From positions 64,001 to 128,000 of IMG/VR virus record IMGVR_UViG_3300028048_000047: 64,000 nucleotides of DNA. One strand, given 5' to 3'. Positions within the stretch are counted from its first letter, which is position 1; every line of letters begins with the position of its first letter. Below the pieces are notes generated by a model. It was not told where the DNA came from and searched no databases. It saw nothing but the letters and a program-made list of their open reading frames with translations. Positions 54,736-63,738 of this stretch are shown here, piece after piece. The position numbers and the translations under genes are program-made. The stretch comes from a virus. Its lineage: Duplodnaviria; Caudoviricetes.

Positions 54736-55197
54736 ATGAATGAAAAACGATATTCTCATGATGCTATTGTTATAGTAGACCATTTAAAAAAAGATTTAAT
54801 TTATATCGATGGTAAAGATGAATTATTGGAACTTGCAGAATATGTAGATATATTACAAGAAGAGAATCTGAAATTAAAATCATTTATTAAACAGAAACAA
54901 TGGACTGGTGGAATAGAAATGACTGAAAAACGATTTATAATTGATGTTGAAGAAACAACACAAGAAAATGCTTTATTTGAAAATGGTAAATTCGTTTGTT
55001 TTGAAGATGATACTGATGAGTATTTGAAAAAAATAAATGAAATGTCAGATGAAATTGTACAGTTAAAACAATTCCAAGAACAAGTTACAAGTGTTATTGA
55101 AAGTAAAATGGGTGATAATGTATGCAATGATTACAAAATGGAAGTGTTGAAAGAGATATGGGACGAATTAGAATTAGATGAAGTGTGGTTTGAATGA
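54736..55197 (+). CDS. In-frame fusion of two MTEKRF cassettes (second start at 54919)
   Basis: MNEKRY…ENLKLK…WTGGIE-MTEKRF. Confidence 0.7.
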   Translation: MNEKRYSHDAIVIVDHLKKDLIYIDGKDELLELAEYVDILQEENLKLKSFIKQKQWTGGIEMTEKRFIIDVEETTQENALFENGKFVCFEDDTDEYLKKINEMSDEIVQLKQFQEQVTSVIESKMGDNVCNDYKMEVLKEIWDELELDEVWFE

Positions 55198-55464
55198 GTG
55201 AAAAACAATTCAAAAAGATGTGGGATAATCATTATGAAAACATTCTAACAATTGGTAACCTAAAAGAAGTAATTAAAGATTTAAATGATGATTTACCAAT
55301 AGAATGTAGTGTTCATAAATTAGATAATACTTACATTATTAAAGAAGCATCTTTATGTGGTAATATGGTCGAAGAACCTATCTTACAATTAGAAATTAAA
55401 ACGGATTGGGAACTAACTGAAAGAGATGAAAAAGCATTTAAAGAATGGTGTAAGGTGGAAGATA

Positions 55465-55803
55465 ATGACTGTAAATAAACGATTTAAAGGTGGACAAGGG
55501 AAGGTTAGTGATGTTGGAGAGGATTTAATATTTAAATTATTATGTTTAATTGCAGAGGAGAATCAAGAGTTACGAACAAAAAACAATACTTATATTCAAG
55601 ATATAGAAACATATAGAGAAGAAAATACTCATTTAAAGTTAGAGAATGAAGAGTTAAAGAATAATATGAAAATTAAATTATGCAATAACTGTATTTATTG
55701 GCGATTGGGTACTGCGGGTCTTAATGATAATTATTGTAGTTTAACTGATGAATGGGCAGATTGGGAAGGGACTTGTGAAAAATGGAAGGGTTATCATGAC
55801 TGA
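55465..55803 (+). CDS. MTVNKRF family protein with C-terminal 4-Cys module
   Basis: N-half nearly identical to the 57494 gene. Confidence 0.7.
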   Translation: MTVNKRFKGGQGKVSDVGEDLIFKLLCLIAEENQELRTKNNTYIQDIETYREENTHLKLENEELKNNMKIKLCNNCIYWRLGTAGLNDNYCSLTDEWADWEGTCEKWKGYHD

Positions 55804-55917
55804 AAACGATTTAAAGAAGTTATTTTCACATGGATAGATAGTGGTGGTGAATATCATTATGAAAGAAGAATTGTTAGGGATATTAAAAAAGAAAAGGAGT
55901 TGAAAAAAGATGATTGA
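55796..55917 (+). pseudogene. MTEKRF cassette with 1-nt deletion in A run
   Basis: atgactgaaaacgattt (4 A, not 5); adding one A gives a 40-aa ORF ending on the next ATG. Confidence 0.65.
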
Positions 55918-56221
55918 AAATGCACGATTCCTATTTGTCATTGACAATGGAGAACCAACATTTTATGATTTAAGTAAAAAAGGCAAAACAATGGATATGA
56001 ATGAAACAGAAGATATGTTAAATGAGTTAAACAATGAGAATAATGAATTAAAACAATTCCAAGAAAAAGTATTTGATTGGATTGATAAAGAAATTTCTCA
56101 AAATGAAGAAGCAATTGAATGGGGAGAAAAGCAAGGTGCAGATGTGGGTGCAATGGGTTTTTATACAAATATGCTTAAAATGTTCCAAAAGGATTTTGCA
56201 GATGGACAATACAATAAATAG
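55910..56221 (+). CDS. MTEKRF family protein
   Basis: MIENARF…MLNELNNENNELKQFQE. Confidence 0.7.
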   Translation: MIENARFLFVIDNGEPTFYDLSKKGKTMDMNETEDMLNELNNENNELKQFQEKVFDWIDKEISQNEEAIEWGEKQGADVGAMGFYTNMLKMFQKDFADGQYNK

Positions 56222-56253
56222 TTACCATGATATTTTAAAATAGAGGCACGAAA

Positions 56254-56622
56254 ATGAATGATGAGAGATTTTGTATTTATAGTAAATCAACTGATAGTAA
56301 TGTGTATGATAGAGTTGAAGACCAATATTATAGTTGGGATACTATTGTGGATTTATTAAATCATATAATTCCAAATGATGCAGATGTTTTAGAGTTGTTG
56401 GATATTCATATTGAAAATAATAAAACATTAAAAGAAAAACAATTGGATTTTATTGTTAATTTATTATTTGATATTCGTTGTTATAGTGATGTGCATTATA
56501 ATGAATTATTGGGTGGTGAATTAGCAAGAGCAGAAGCGTTAGGGTTTAATGTTGAAGATTCAAAAAATTGGGATTATGATGAAGAAAGTTATGAATTTTG
56601 GAAAAAGAAGTTACAAGAGTGA
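56254..56622 (+). CDS. MTEKRF family protein
   Basis: MNDERF…VDLLN. Confidence 0.7.
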   Translation: MNDERFCIYSKSTDSNVYDRVEDQYYSWDTIVDLLNHIIPNDADVLELLDIHIENNKTLKEKQLDFIVNLLFDIRCYSDVHYNELLGGELARAEALGFNVEDSKNWDYDEESYEFWKKKLQE

Positions 56623-56644
56623 GTGGACGGGAGGTGTTGGAAAA

Positions 56645-57028
56645 ATGAATTATGAAGAAAAATACACTTGTAAAAAAATTGAAAACCCAGTAACAAAAGA
56701 AGTAAATAATTATATACAATATAATGATACCACTATATTAAAATTAAATTCAATAACTGATTGTAAGAATGTATGTCAATTATTGAATAGACTTGATGAT
56801 ATAATTGAGGATTATAAATCTTCAATTGAATTAAAAGAAGAGGGGATGGTGTGTAAAAATGATATATGGGATACTTGGGAGTTGATTAAACCAGTTGCAA
56901 ATATGGTTTTATGGAATTGGGGATTAAAATTAGTAGGTGCAAATGATTCTTATAATCTTATTTGTTTTGATACTGAAAAATTTGAAAAAAAATTAATTGA
57001 AACAATTGAAATTAATAAAATGGTTTAA
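56645..57028 (+). CDS. LLNxL family protein
   Basis: GGAGGTG RBS; VCQLLNRL. Confidence 0.65.
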   Translation: MNYEEKYTCKKIENPVTKEVNNYIQYNDTTILKLNSITDCKNVCQLLNRLDDIIEDYKSSIELKEEGMVCKNDIWDTWELIKPVANMVLWNWGLKLVGANDSYNLICFDTEKFEKKLIETIEINKMV

Positions 57029-57285
57029 ATAAAAAAAGTATGGGTAAATGAAAGTAAAGGATTTCCTTGTTAATTTTGTGAAATTGGAGGATTAAATTAT
57101 GAGTGAAGAAAATATACATATGAATTGTGAGAATTATAATCCTAAAAGGGATATGTGTCTTAAATGGTTTGAAGAAAATGTGTCAGAGAAATATAAGATT
57201 TGTAAAGAATACTCTGAATTTGATGATAAAAAGTTAAGTATGAAATGGAGTAATTAAATTAATGAAATGTTATTGTAATTTAAAG

Positions 57286-57338
57286 TTTAAAACGAAACAT
57301 TTATATGTGATGATTTACTAATAATGTAATAGTAAGTC
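57286..57338 (+). promoter_or_regulatory. Archaeal promoter (TTTAAAACGAAA class)
   Basis: Near-duplicate of 2197-2249. Confidence 0.7.
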
Positions 57339-57493
57339 AAAAGAATAAAATAAATTTTAAGGAGTGAAAGAAATGACTAAAAAAGTGATATTTGAAATGG
57401 ATGTATTTGAATTGATTGAGTGGATAAATAATAATCCGTTAACTATGGCTTATTTATATGCTCTTGAAAGAAATGGTATTTTAGGTGGAAAGA

Positions 57494-57757
57494 ATGACTG
57501 AAAATAAACGATTTAAAGGTGGACAAGGGGAAGTTAGTGTTGTCAGGGAGAATTTAATATTTAAATTATTATGTTTATTTGCAGAAGAGAATCAAGAATA
57601 TAGGGAAGAAAATACTCATTTAAAGTTAGAGAATGAGAAGTTAAAAAATGTTATAGTATTTGCTTATACACTTATGAGTCTGAACACTATTTCAGATGAA
57701 GAATATTCTGAGTTTTATGAGTTATGTGAAAATATGGGGGTGAGTTTGAATGACTGA
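57494..57757 (+). CDS. Chimeric MTENKRF family protein
   Basis: N-half matches 55465 gene; C-half matches 57750 gene. Confidence 0.75.
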   Translation: MTENKRFKGGQGEVSVVRENLIFKLLCLFAEENQEYREENTHLKLENEKLKNVIVFAYTLMSLNTISDEEYSEFYELCENMGVSLND

Positions 57758-58082
57758 AAAATGGATTATTAAAAATGGAGAAATTGTAGATACAACCAAT
57801 AATATAACCTTTGATTCATTCATGGAAATCATAATAGTGCTAAACGGACAATCAAGACAATTAACTCAAATGTCAAAAGAAAATAAGAAGTTAAAATCAA
57901 TTTGTCAAGACCATCGTGACCATGCAATTGATTTTAAAGCAGATTGTGTAAGATTAGAAAAAGAGAATAAAGAGTTAAAAAATATTATATTATTTGCTTA
58001 TACACTTATGAGTAAAAACACTATTTCAGATGAGGAATATTTTGAGTTTTATGAGTTATGTGAAAAAGTAATAAAACAATAG
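57750..58082 (+). CDS. MTEK family protein
   Basis: 8-nt ATGACTGA overlap; ENKELK. Confidence 0.7.
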   Translation: MTEKWIIKNGEIVDTTNNITFDSFMEIIIVLNGQSRQLTQMSKENKKLKSICQDHRDHAIDFKADCVRLEKENKELKNIILFAYTLMSKNTISDEEYFEFYELCEKVIKQ

Positions 58083-58093
58083 GATTTGTAAGA

Positions 58094-58645
58094 ATGATTG
58101 ATTATAAAAGTATAGCCGAATTTTATTTAGAAATTTGTAGTAGAATATCAAAAACAATTTATGAAGCAGAACAAAATGAAAAAACAAAGGAAGATGCTAA
58201 AAAAGATTTTGATAGTATGTATTGGAGTTTTGATAGAGCAAAAAGTAGAGCGCATGATGTTTTACAAATGCACAAATATTGGAATGAAAAAGACTTTGAA
58301 CACTATGGTTTAGAACAATTATCCAGTACAAGACATCGTATAGAACATTTTTTAGAAGATTGTTTACTTACTTACCCTGATTGTTGTTATACTTTTGATA
58401 AATATGATGATATAATTATAGATTATTATAAACCTATTAGATTAAATGGGGGTCAAGAACATCATGAAAAATGGAAAAAATATTATAAATTGAACCATAA
58501 AAGGATTATGATTAATTACGGGTTAGTTAGGGATTTGAAAGGAGCATATGATTATGTGAAAGATGATGAGAAACACTTAATTGATGAAATGATGAAATTA
58601 TGTAAGAAATTAGAAGGTTATGATGAAGAAATGGCAAACGATTGA
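58094..58645 (+). CDS. Hypothetical protein
   Basis: 183-aa ORF. Confidence 0.7.
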   Translation: MIDYKSIAEFYLEICSRISKTIYEAEQNEKTKEDAKKDFDSMYWSFDRAKSRAHDVLQMHKYWNEKDFEHYGLEQLSSTRHRIEHFLEDCLLTYPDCCYTFDKYDDIIIDYYKPIRLNGGQEHHEKWKKYYKLNHKRIMINYGLVRDLKGAYDYVKDDEKHLIDEMMKLCKKLEGYDEEMAND

Positions 58646-58663
58646 AAAGGAGTTACAATAGGA

Positions 58664-58918
58664 ATGACTAAAAAAAGATTTGAGATAAATAATCTTGTAA
58701 AAAAAGGCACTATGAGTTTTTGGGATAATGAAAGCAAAGCAATTTTAAATGCAAGTCATACACTTGATTTATTGAATGAATTATCAGAAAAGAATGATGG
58801 ATTAAAAAAAGACTTGTTTGAAACAAGAAAAGATTATTTGATTGAAACTGCCGACATCTCCGATAAATTATATTTGGACGAGATGATTGAAAATGAACGA
58901 AAGGAGATATTTAAATGA
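58664..58918 (+). CDS. MTKKRF family protein
   Basis: WDNE…LDLLNEL. Confidence 0.7.
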   Translation: MTKKRFEINNLVKKGTMSFWDNESKAILNASHTLDLLNELSEKNDGLKKDLFETRKDYLIETADISDKLYLDEMIENERKEIFK

Positions 58919-59040
58919 AGGAATGTTGTGCAAATTGTCAATATTTCAGATTATTAAACGATTTTGAAATGTATTGTACTAAAAAGGAGAGTTATACATT
59001 TCATTTGAATATTTGTGAAAAATGGAAAATGATGAGATAA
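58915..59040 (+). CDS. Small 4-Cys protein (41 aa; not in ORF track)
   Basis: CCANCQY…C…CEKW; ATGA overlap. Confidence 0.55.
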   Translation: MKECCANCQYFRLLNDFEMYCTKKESYTFHLNICEKWKMMR

Positions 59041-59045
59041 AAATA

Positions 59046-59177
59046 ATGACTGAAAAAAGATTTACATTTAATAGTGATACTGTTGCAACAAATTTAAAAA
59101 CACCTATTGTTTATGATAATAAAATAATGAATATATGGGAAGTATTAGAAAAATTAAAAATGGAGTTGAAACTATGA
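59046..59177 (+). CDS. Short MTEKRF family protein (43 aa; not in ORF track)
   Basis: Ends in ATGA overlap with the MTDKP start at 59174. Confidence 0.6.
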   Translation: MTEKRFTFNSDTVATNLKTPIVYDNKIMNIWEVLEKLKMELKL

Positions 59178-59355
59178 CTGATAAACCAATTGTTCCTCCC
59201 GAACAATTTCTATATACTCTAATCAATCAGATGATGGATAAATATGAATCTCATCCATTAACAAGAGCTGTATTTGAAATGGGCTATGTTAAAGAAGGTT
59301 ATAGGTTAGATTGGAATAAAAGATTAGATGAAAATGGAGAATGGAGTTGTAAAAA

Positions 59356-59631
59356 ATGACTGAAAATAAACGATTTAAATATTCATATTCATTGGAAAAA
59401 GTATATGACTGCGATACTTTCAATGGAGAAACAACAGAAAGTTACGGGACATTTGAATGTTGTGATATGTTAAATCAGTTAAATGATGAGAATGAGCAAT
59501 TAAAATCTGAAAACAGAAATCTTAAAATCACTATTAGTGCAAGAGATGCATTAATTGAAGTTTGCGAGGAAAAATTCAGGGAATTAGGATTCATTATAAC
59601 TGTTGATGATAATGGATATGTGATAGAATGA
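59356..59631 (+). CDS. MTENKRF family protein
   Basis: MLNQLNDENEQLK. Confidence 0.7.
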   Translation: MTENKRFKYSYSLEKVYDCDTFNGETTESYGTFECCDMLNQLNDENEQLKSENRNLKITISARDALIEVCEEKFRELGFIITVDDNGYVIE

Positions 59632-59732
59632 CTGAATATTATATATATATATATGGATACAGAAGATAAATTACCTGCTATTCTCCCAAAATATAATTAT
59701 TATTGTACCTACAAGAATGAGGAGGAAGATGG

Positions 59733-60209
59733 ATGACTGAAAAACGATTTTATGTTGATAAAAATGGGGATTTTAGAGATACCAAAACTGGTAATATTAT
59801 AGTTGATTTTGGTTATTCCTTTAATGGAATGGACTGCAAAATGATTTTAGATTTGTTAAATAAGTTAAATGATGAATGCGAGTTTCTTGAAATTGAAAAT
59901 GAATCATTGGAAGATGGTGCAACAAAATATGCAGAATTATATCATAAATCATTAAAAGAGAATGAGGAGTTAAAACAACAATTAAAAACAAGAGTAATTG
60001 TTAATAAACAGTATGAAGAACTCCAAAGACTTAAAAAAGAGAATGAACAGTTAAAAAAAGTATTAGGTGCAATATTACTTGAAGTGAGAAGAGATATTTC
60101 AAATACGAATCAAACTGGTGAAATAAAAGTATTTATCAATCCTAATAGTTTTGATTTAATTAGTGAAGTATTAAAGAAGTATGGAGCATTAAAGGGATGG
60201 TATGAATGA
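59733..60209 (+). CDS. MTEKRF family protein
   Basis: LDLLNKL…ENEELK…ENEQLK. Confidence 0.75.
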   Translation: MTEKRFYVDKNGDFRDTKTGNIIVDFGYSFNGMDCKMILDLLNKLNDECEFLEIENESLEDGATKYAELYHKSLKENEELKQQLKTRVIVNKQYEELQRLKKENEQLKKVLGAILLEVRRDISNTNQTGEIKVFINPNSFDLISEVLKKYGALKGWYE

Positions 60210-60511
60210 CTAAAAAACGATTTATTTTAGTTGAATATGTTAATAAAGGATTGTTTATTCAAGATAATGCTAATGATGAAACACAATATTTTCAAGGGAG
60301 TAAAGCATCATTAGAAAAAGTTGTTAATTTGTTGAATAATTTAAATGATGAGAATGAGCAGTTAAGACAACGAAACACTAACCAATACAATCAATTAACT
60401 GAATTATGGGAAATAATTGAAGAAGAAAACTGGGAAAAACTAATTGCAATGAAGAAACAATTAAAAGAAGATGAGGAACGATTACAAAAAGAATGGGGGT
60501 GTTATGAATGA
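60206..60511 (+). CDS. MTKKRF family protein
   Basis: VNLLNNLNDENEQLR. Confidence 0.75.
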   Translation: MTKKRFILVEYVNKGLFIQDNANDETQYFQGSKASLEKVVNLLNNLNDENEQLRQRNTNQYNQLTELWEIIEEENWEKLIAMKKQLKEDEERLQKEWGCYE

Positions 60512-60729
60512 CTGAGATAGCATTAAGTTGTATTGATTGGGCTATCCTATTATTTGAAATGTTAATTGCTATGATTATCTTTGCAATCGTGAAAGGATGG
60601 TATGATAGTAGAAGATGGGAAAATCATATTTATCAAATATTGGAGGAATATCGTGCTAAATATGGGGTAGATAGTGGTTGTGAACTGTTATTGTATAGGA
60701 AAACAAATAATGAGGTGGAAGATGACTGA
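60508..60729 (+). CDS. MTE-start membrane protein
   Basis: TM segment; junction motif at both ends. Confidence 0.6.
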   Translation: MTEIALSCIDWAILLFEMLIAMIIFAIVKGWYDSRRWENHIYQILEEYRAKYGVDSGCELLLYRKTNNEVEDD

Positions 60730-61252
60730 AAAACGATTTAAGATGAAAAAACTTGAATATGAATCCTATTTTATTGATTCTCAACAAGAGTATGTTGATG
60801 AAGATGAGCCGAATTTTAAGATTGATGGTGAAAAAACATTGTCAGATTCACAAATTCTTGATTTATTAAACGAGAATGAACAGTTAAAATCTGAAATAAA
60901 AGATTTGAATGATGTACTTACAAGATACGAAGAAAAGGATTTACAAAAAATGAAGAAGGATACTCATATGGATGATGAATTAAGTTCTGATGAATTTTTT
61001 AAGAAATACATGGACGAAATGGACAAAGTGGGTTATGAAGTATTTGGGATTCGTTATATGGATGATTATGTTAATCTTTTCCCAAGTGAAGATGAACAAG
61101 CAGTTCGTGATAGTTTAACAAGATTTGCAGAATCATTCCATAAAGGACATAATGCCCTACCTGTTATAATATTGGTTAATAAATATTATATTAAATCATG
61201 GTTAGAAACTGGTAATGTTAAGGACGGTTATGGTAATTTGGTTAAATTATAA
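60722..61252 (+). CDS. MTEKRF family protein
   Basis: LDLLNENEQLK; start 60722 rather than 60674. Confidence 0.75.
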   Translation: MTEKRFKMKKLEYESYFIDSQQEYVDEDEPNFKIDGEKTLSDSQILDLLNENEQLKSEIKDLNDVLTRYEEKDLQKMKKDTHMDDELSSDEFFKKYMDEMDKVGYEVFGIRYMDDYVNLFPSEDEQAVRDSLTRFAESFHKGHNALPVIILVNKYYIKSWLETGNVKDGYGNLVKL

Positions 61253-61542
61253 AAATTATGTAAAATACTATTTTATGATAATGAAAAAAATTAGTTATAA
61301 TTGTAAATAATTTTGAAGGAGAGTTATAACTTGTGAAAAAAAAGAAGTTTATTAATTTTACTGACCGTGAAAAATATTGTATAATGATGGGTGTATGTTT
61401 AGGTATGATAACTATTCTTACAATTTTATTGCTTTACCTATATTTACCAGAAACCTCAGTACTTGAACAAACGGCGATAGTTTGTTTTATTGGAGGGGGA
61501 GTAGTAATGTATGTATGTAAATGGATATTGGAGGAGTAATGA

Positions 61543-61779
61543 ATGACTGAAAAAATTATTATTGAAATGGAAGTTACTGATTGTTTTCATTGTAAGTTTT
61601 TAAATTCAAGTGATACTGGTGAAAATTGTAGTATATTACGAAAGGGTATTCAAGAAGATGAATGGAGTAATATTAATTTCCAATTTGAAGAGGGTTGGAG
61701 ATATGAGAAATGCCCTTTGTTCCATAGGGGGTATATTTGTAGAAATTGTGGAGTGAAAGTACTGGAATTGGGAGAATGA
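61543..61779 (+). CDS. MTEK-start Cys-rich protein
   Basis: CFHC…C…CP…CRNC. Confidence 0.6.
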   Translation: MTEKIIIEMEVTDCFHCKFLNSSDTGENCSILRKGIQEDEWSNINFQFEEGWRYEKCPLFHRGYICRNCGVKVLELGE

Positions 61780-63429
61780 TTGATGAGTTATCTTTAATAA
61801 TTATGTTAATAGGGGTAGTGTTATTCATTGTTATCACATATTTTCATAGTGATTTTGAAAATTCACTTAATAAAATAATGGATGAATCTTGTTACTACTG
61901 TATCTATTCAACTGAACCATATACTATAAGAAATGAGGATAAAAATACTTGTAAAAGAATAAATAATCGTAATTGGACAAGTAATCAGATAAGAAATTGT
62001 AGATATAGGGTGAAAGAATGACTGAAAAATATTGGGTTAAGTCTATCATAATGAAGAAAGTTTTGAAGATATGGATTGTAGTGCCAAAGGAGGAAGTATG
62101 ATGAAGTTACCATATTTTCTTTTCAGTAGTTTTAATAGAAAATCACTTGTTTCATTTAAAAATTTAAAAAAGAAGGAAGATAGAAGTTATGATTATATCT
62201 TTGGTATTAATGGATATTATAATTTTCAAACTAAAAGTAAATATCATATGATAAGGGGTTTTATTGAATGAGTGAAAAACGATGTCATAGATGTGATAAT
62301 GTAATTAACAGTATAATTTACTGGGATAATGGGATATGGTGTTATTGTTTGGATTGTAGTCATTATATTATTCAAGAGTTGTATGGGTGAATTTGAATGA
62401 CTGACGATTTATTGATAAAAGTAGGGATGATAATAGCATGGGCATGTAACACAATTACATTTTATAAGAGATATAACCTTAACAGAAAGATGATAGAGGA
62501 ACAAGATGATTAAAAAAGATATTATACGAAAGTTTAAATCAAACTGGGAATATACCGAAGATGAAGAATGTTTCACTATAAAAGGTGATTTAGTTGAACC
62601 TATTGTTGTTGATGGTTGGACTCTTGATGGTGTTAATATTAACTTACCGAAGCATATGGTTTATAGGGATTATGAAGTCTTTTGGAGTGAAGTGAAAGTT
62701 AAAGAATTAGTTAAAGGATTAAATAATAAAGATATACCTTTTTATGTGGATGGTAATTTGAATTTTCGTTTAGAGAATATTAGTATGAATATTTATAGTA
62801 ATGATGAATAAGAGTAATATGAGAGTGATGTTATGGGTACTCGTATGGATGGTACTGATTTCCAAAGATGGTATATGGATAAGTATAATGATGTAATTAT
62901 TATTTTAAATGATGATAATCGTGGATTATATGCAGAATATCTTGAAGATAAAAAGAGAGAAAGAGAACAACTAATATGGATTATTTGTGGAATCTGTACA
63001 ATAACTTATATTATTATTTGTATTACATATATATTTCCAATTATAAATTTATAAAATTTGTAAAAAAATGGAGTGGAATATAAAAAAAATAAGATGGTTA
63101 GTAAGGAGGTAGTAAATGTTATTGAAAGGAATATCATTAGATAATAAAATTATTAAAAAAGCAATTTTCAGATTATATGAGTGTGATACATTACTTGATA
63201 TTACTTTTATAGATAATGATGATTGTGAAATAATTAATATGGGTTTTGCATTACACGAACTCGGGGAAGTTGACCGATTGCGTGATGGTTTAATAAATCA
63301 AGGAATAGTAGTGAACTGGACATTGACTATAACTTGTGATGATGAGAGTATGACTGCTACAATGGATTGCTATGAAAATAAGGATTATTCATTCAATGAT
63401 TTTTAAATTAAATTGGGAGGGTGTGATTT

Positions 63430-63735
63430 TTGGATAAAGTACCATTAAAAACATTGTTTAATAATGCAAAAAAGAATAATCGTAAGAGTAATAGATATTC
63501 TGTTGAACATATGTGTCGGAGTAAACAGAATATCGGAATAATGAATGTATCCAAGGTACATTGCACTACTTGTAAGAAAAAATATATGTATTTGTATAAT
63601 TACAAGGAACATGGAGAATATAAATCATTTAATTCAGTTGATTTAAATAAATTAAAACAAAAAGCCATTAGTAAAAACTTACCTTGGATTATAACAAATC
63701 AAGACAAATTGGAGAGAATACTTAAAAAAGAATAA
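63430..63735 (+). CDS. Single-repeat paralog of the 44751 protein
   Basis: NIGI..VSK..C..CKKKY.YLY.Y…SVDL.KL…LPWII. Confidence 0.7.
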   Translation: MDKVPLKTLFNNAKKNNRKSNRYSVEHMCRSKQNIGIMNVSKVHCTTCKKKYMYLYNYKEHGEYKSFNSVDLNKLKQKAISKNLPWIITNQDKLERILKKE

Positions 63736-63738
63736 ATA

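Noticed and set aside
743-56168. All minus-strand ORFs in the track (e.g. 743-1021, 12991-13299, 54801-55127)
   Set aside because: They are antisense shadows of well-supported + genes, with F/L/I/S-biased composition and no RBS or recognisable motif
55465-58082. Diversity-generating retroelement TR/VR pair
   Set aside because: No reverse transcriptase in the window; differences include a 42-bp indel and are not confined to adenines
62018-62271. Frameshift joining MTEKYW to ORF 62071
   Set aside because: Equally explained as two coupled ORFs (ATGA overlap at 62098 with GGAGG RBS); cannot be decided from sequence
49002-62420. CRISPR array or integron attC array as the explanation for the recurring junction
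   Set aside because: Motif is short and degenerate, spacing is irregular (about 100-500+ bp) and coding; no palindromic attC, cas or integrase gene in the window
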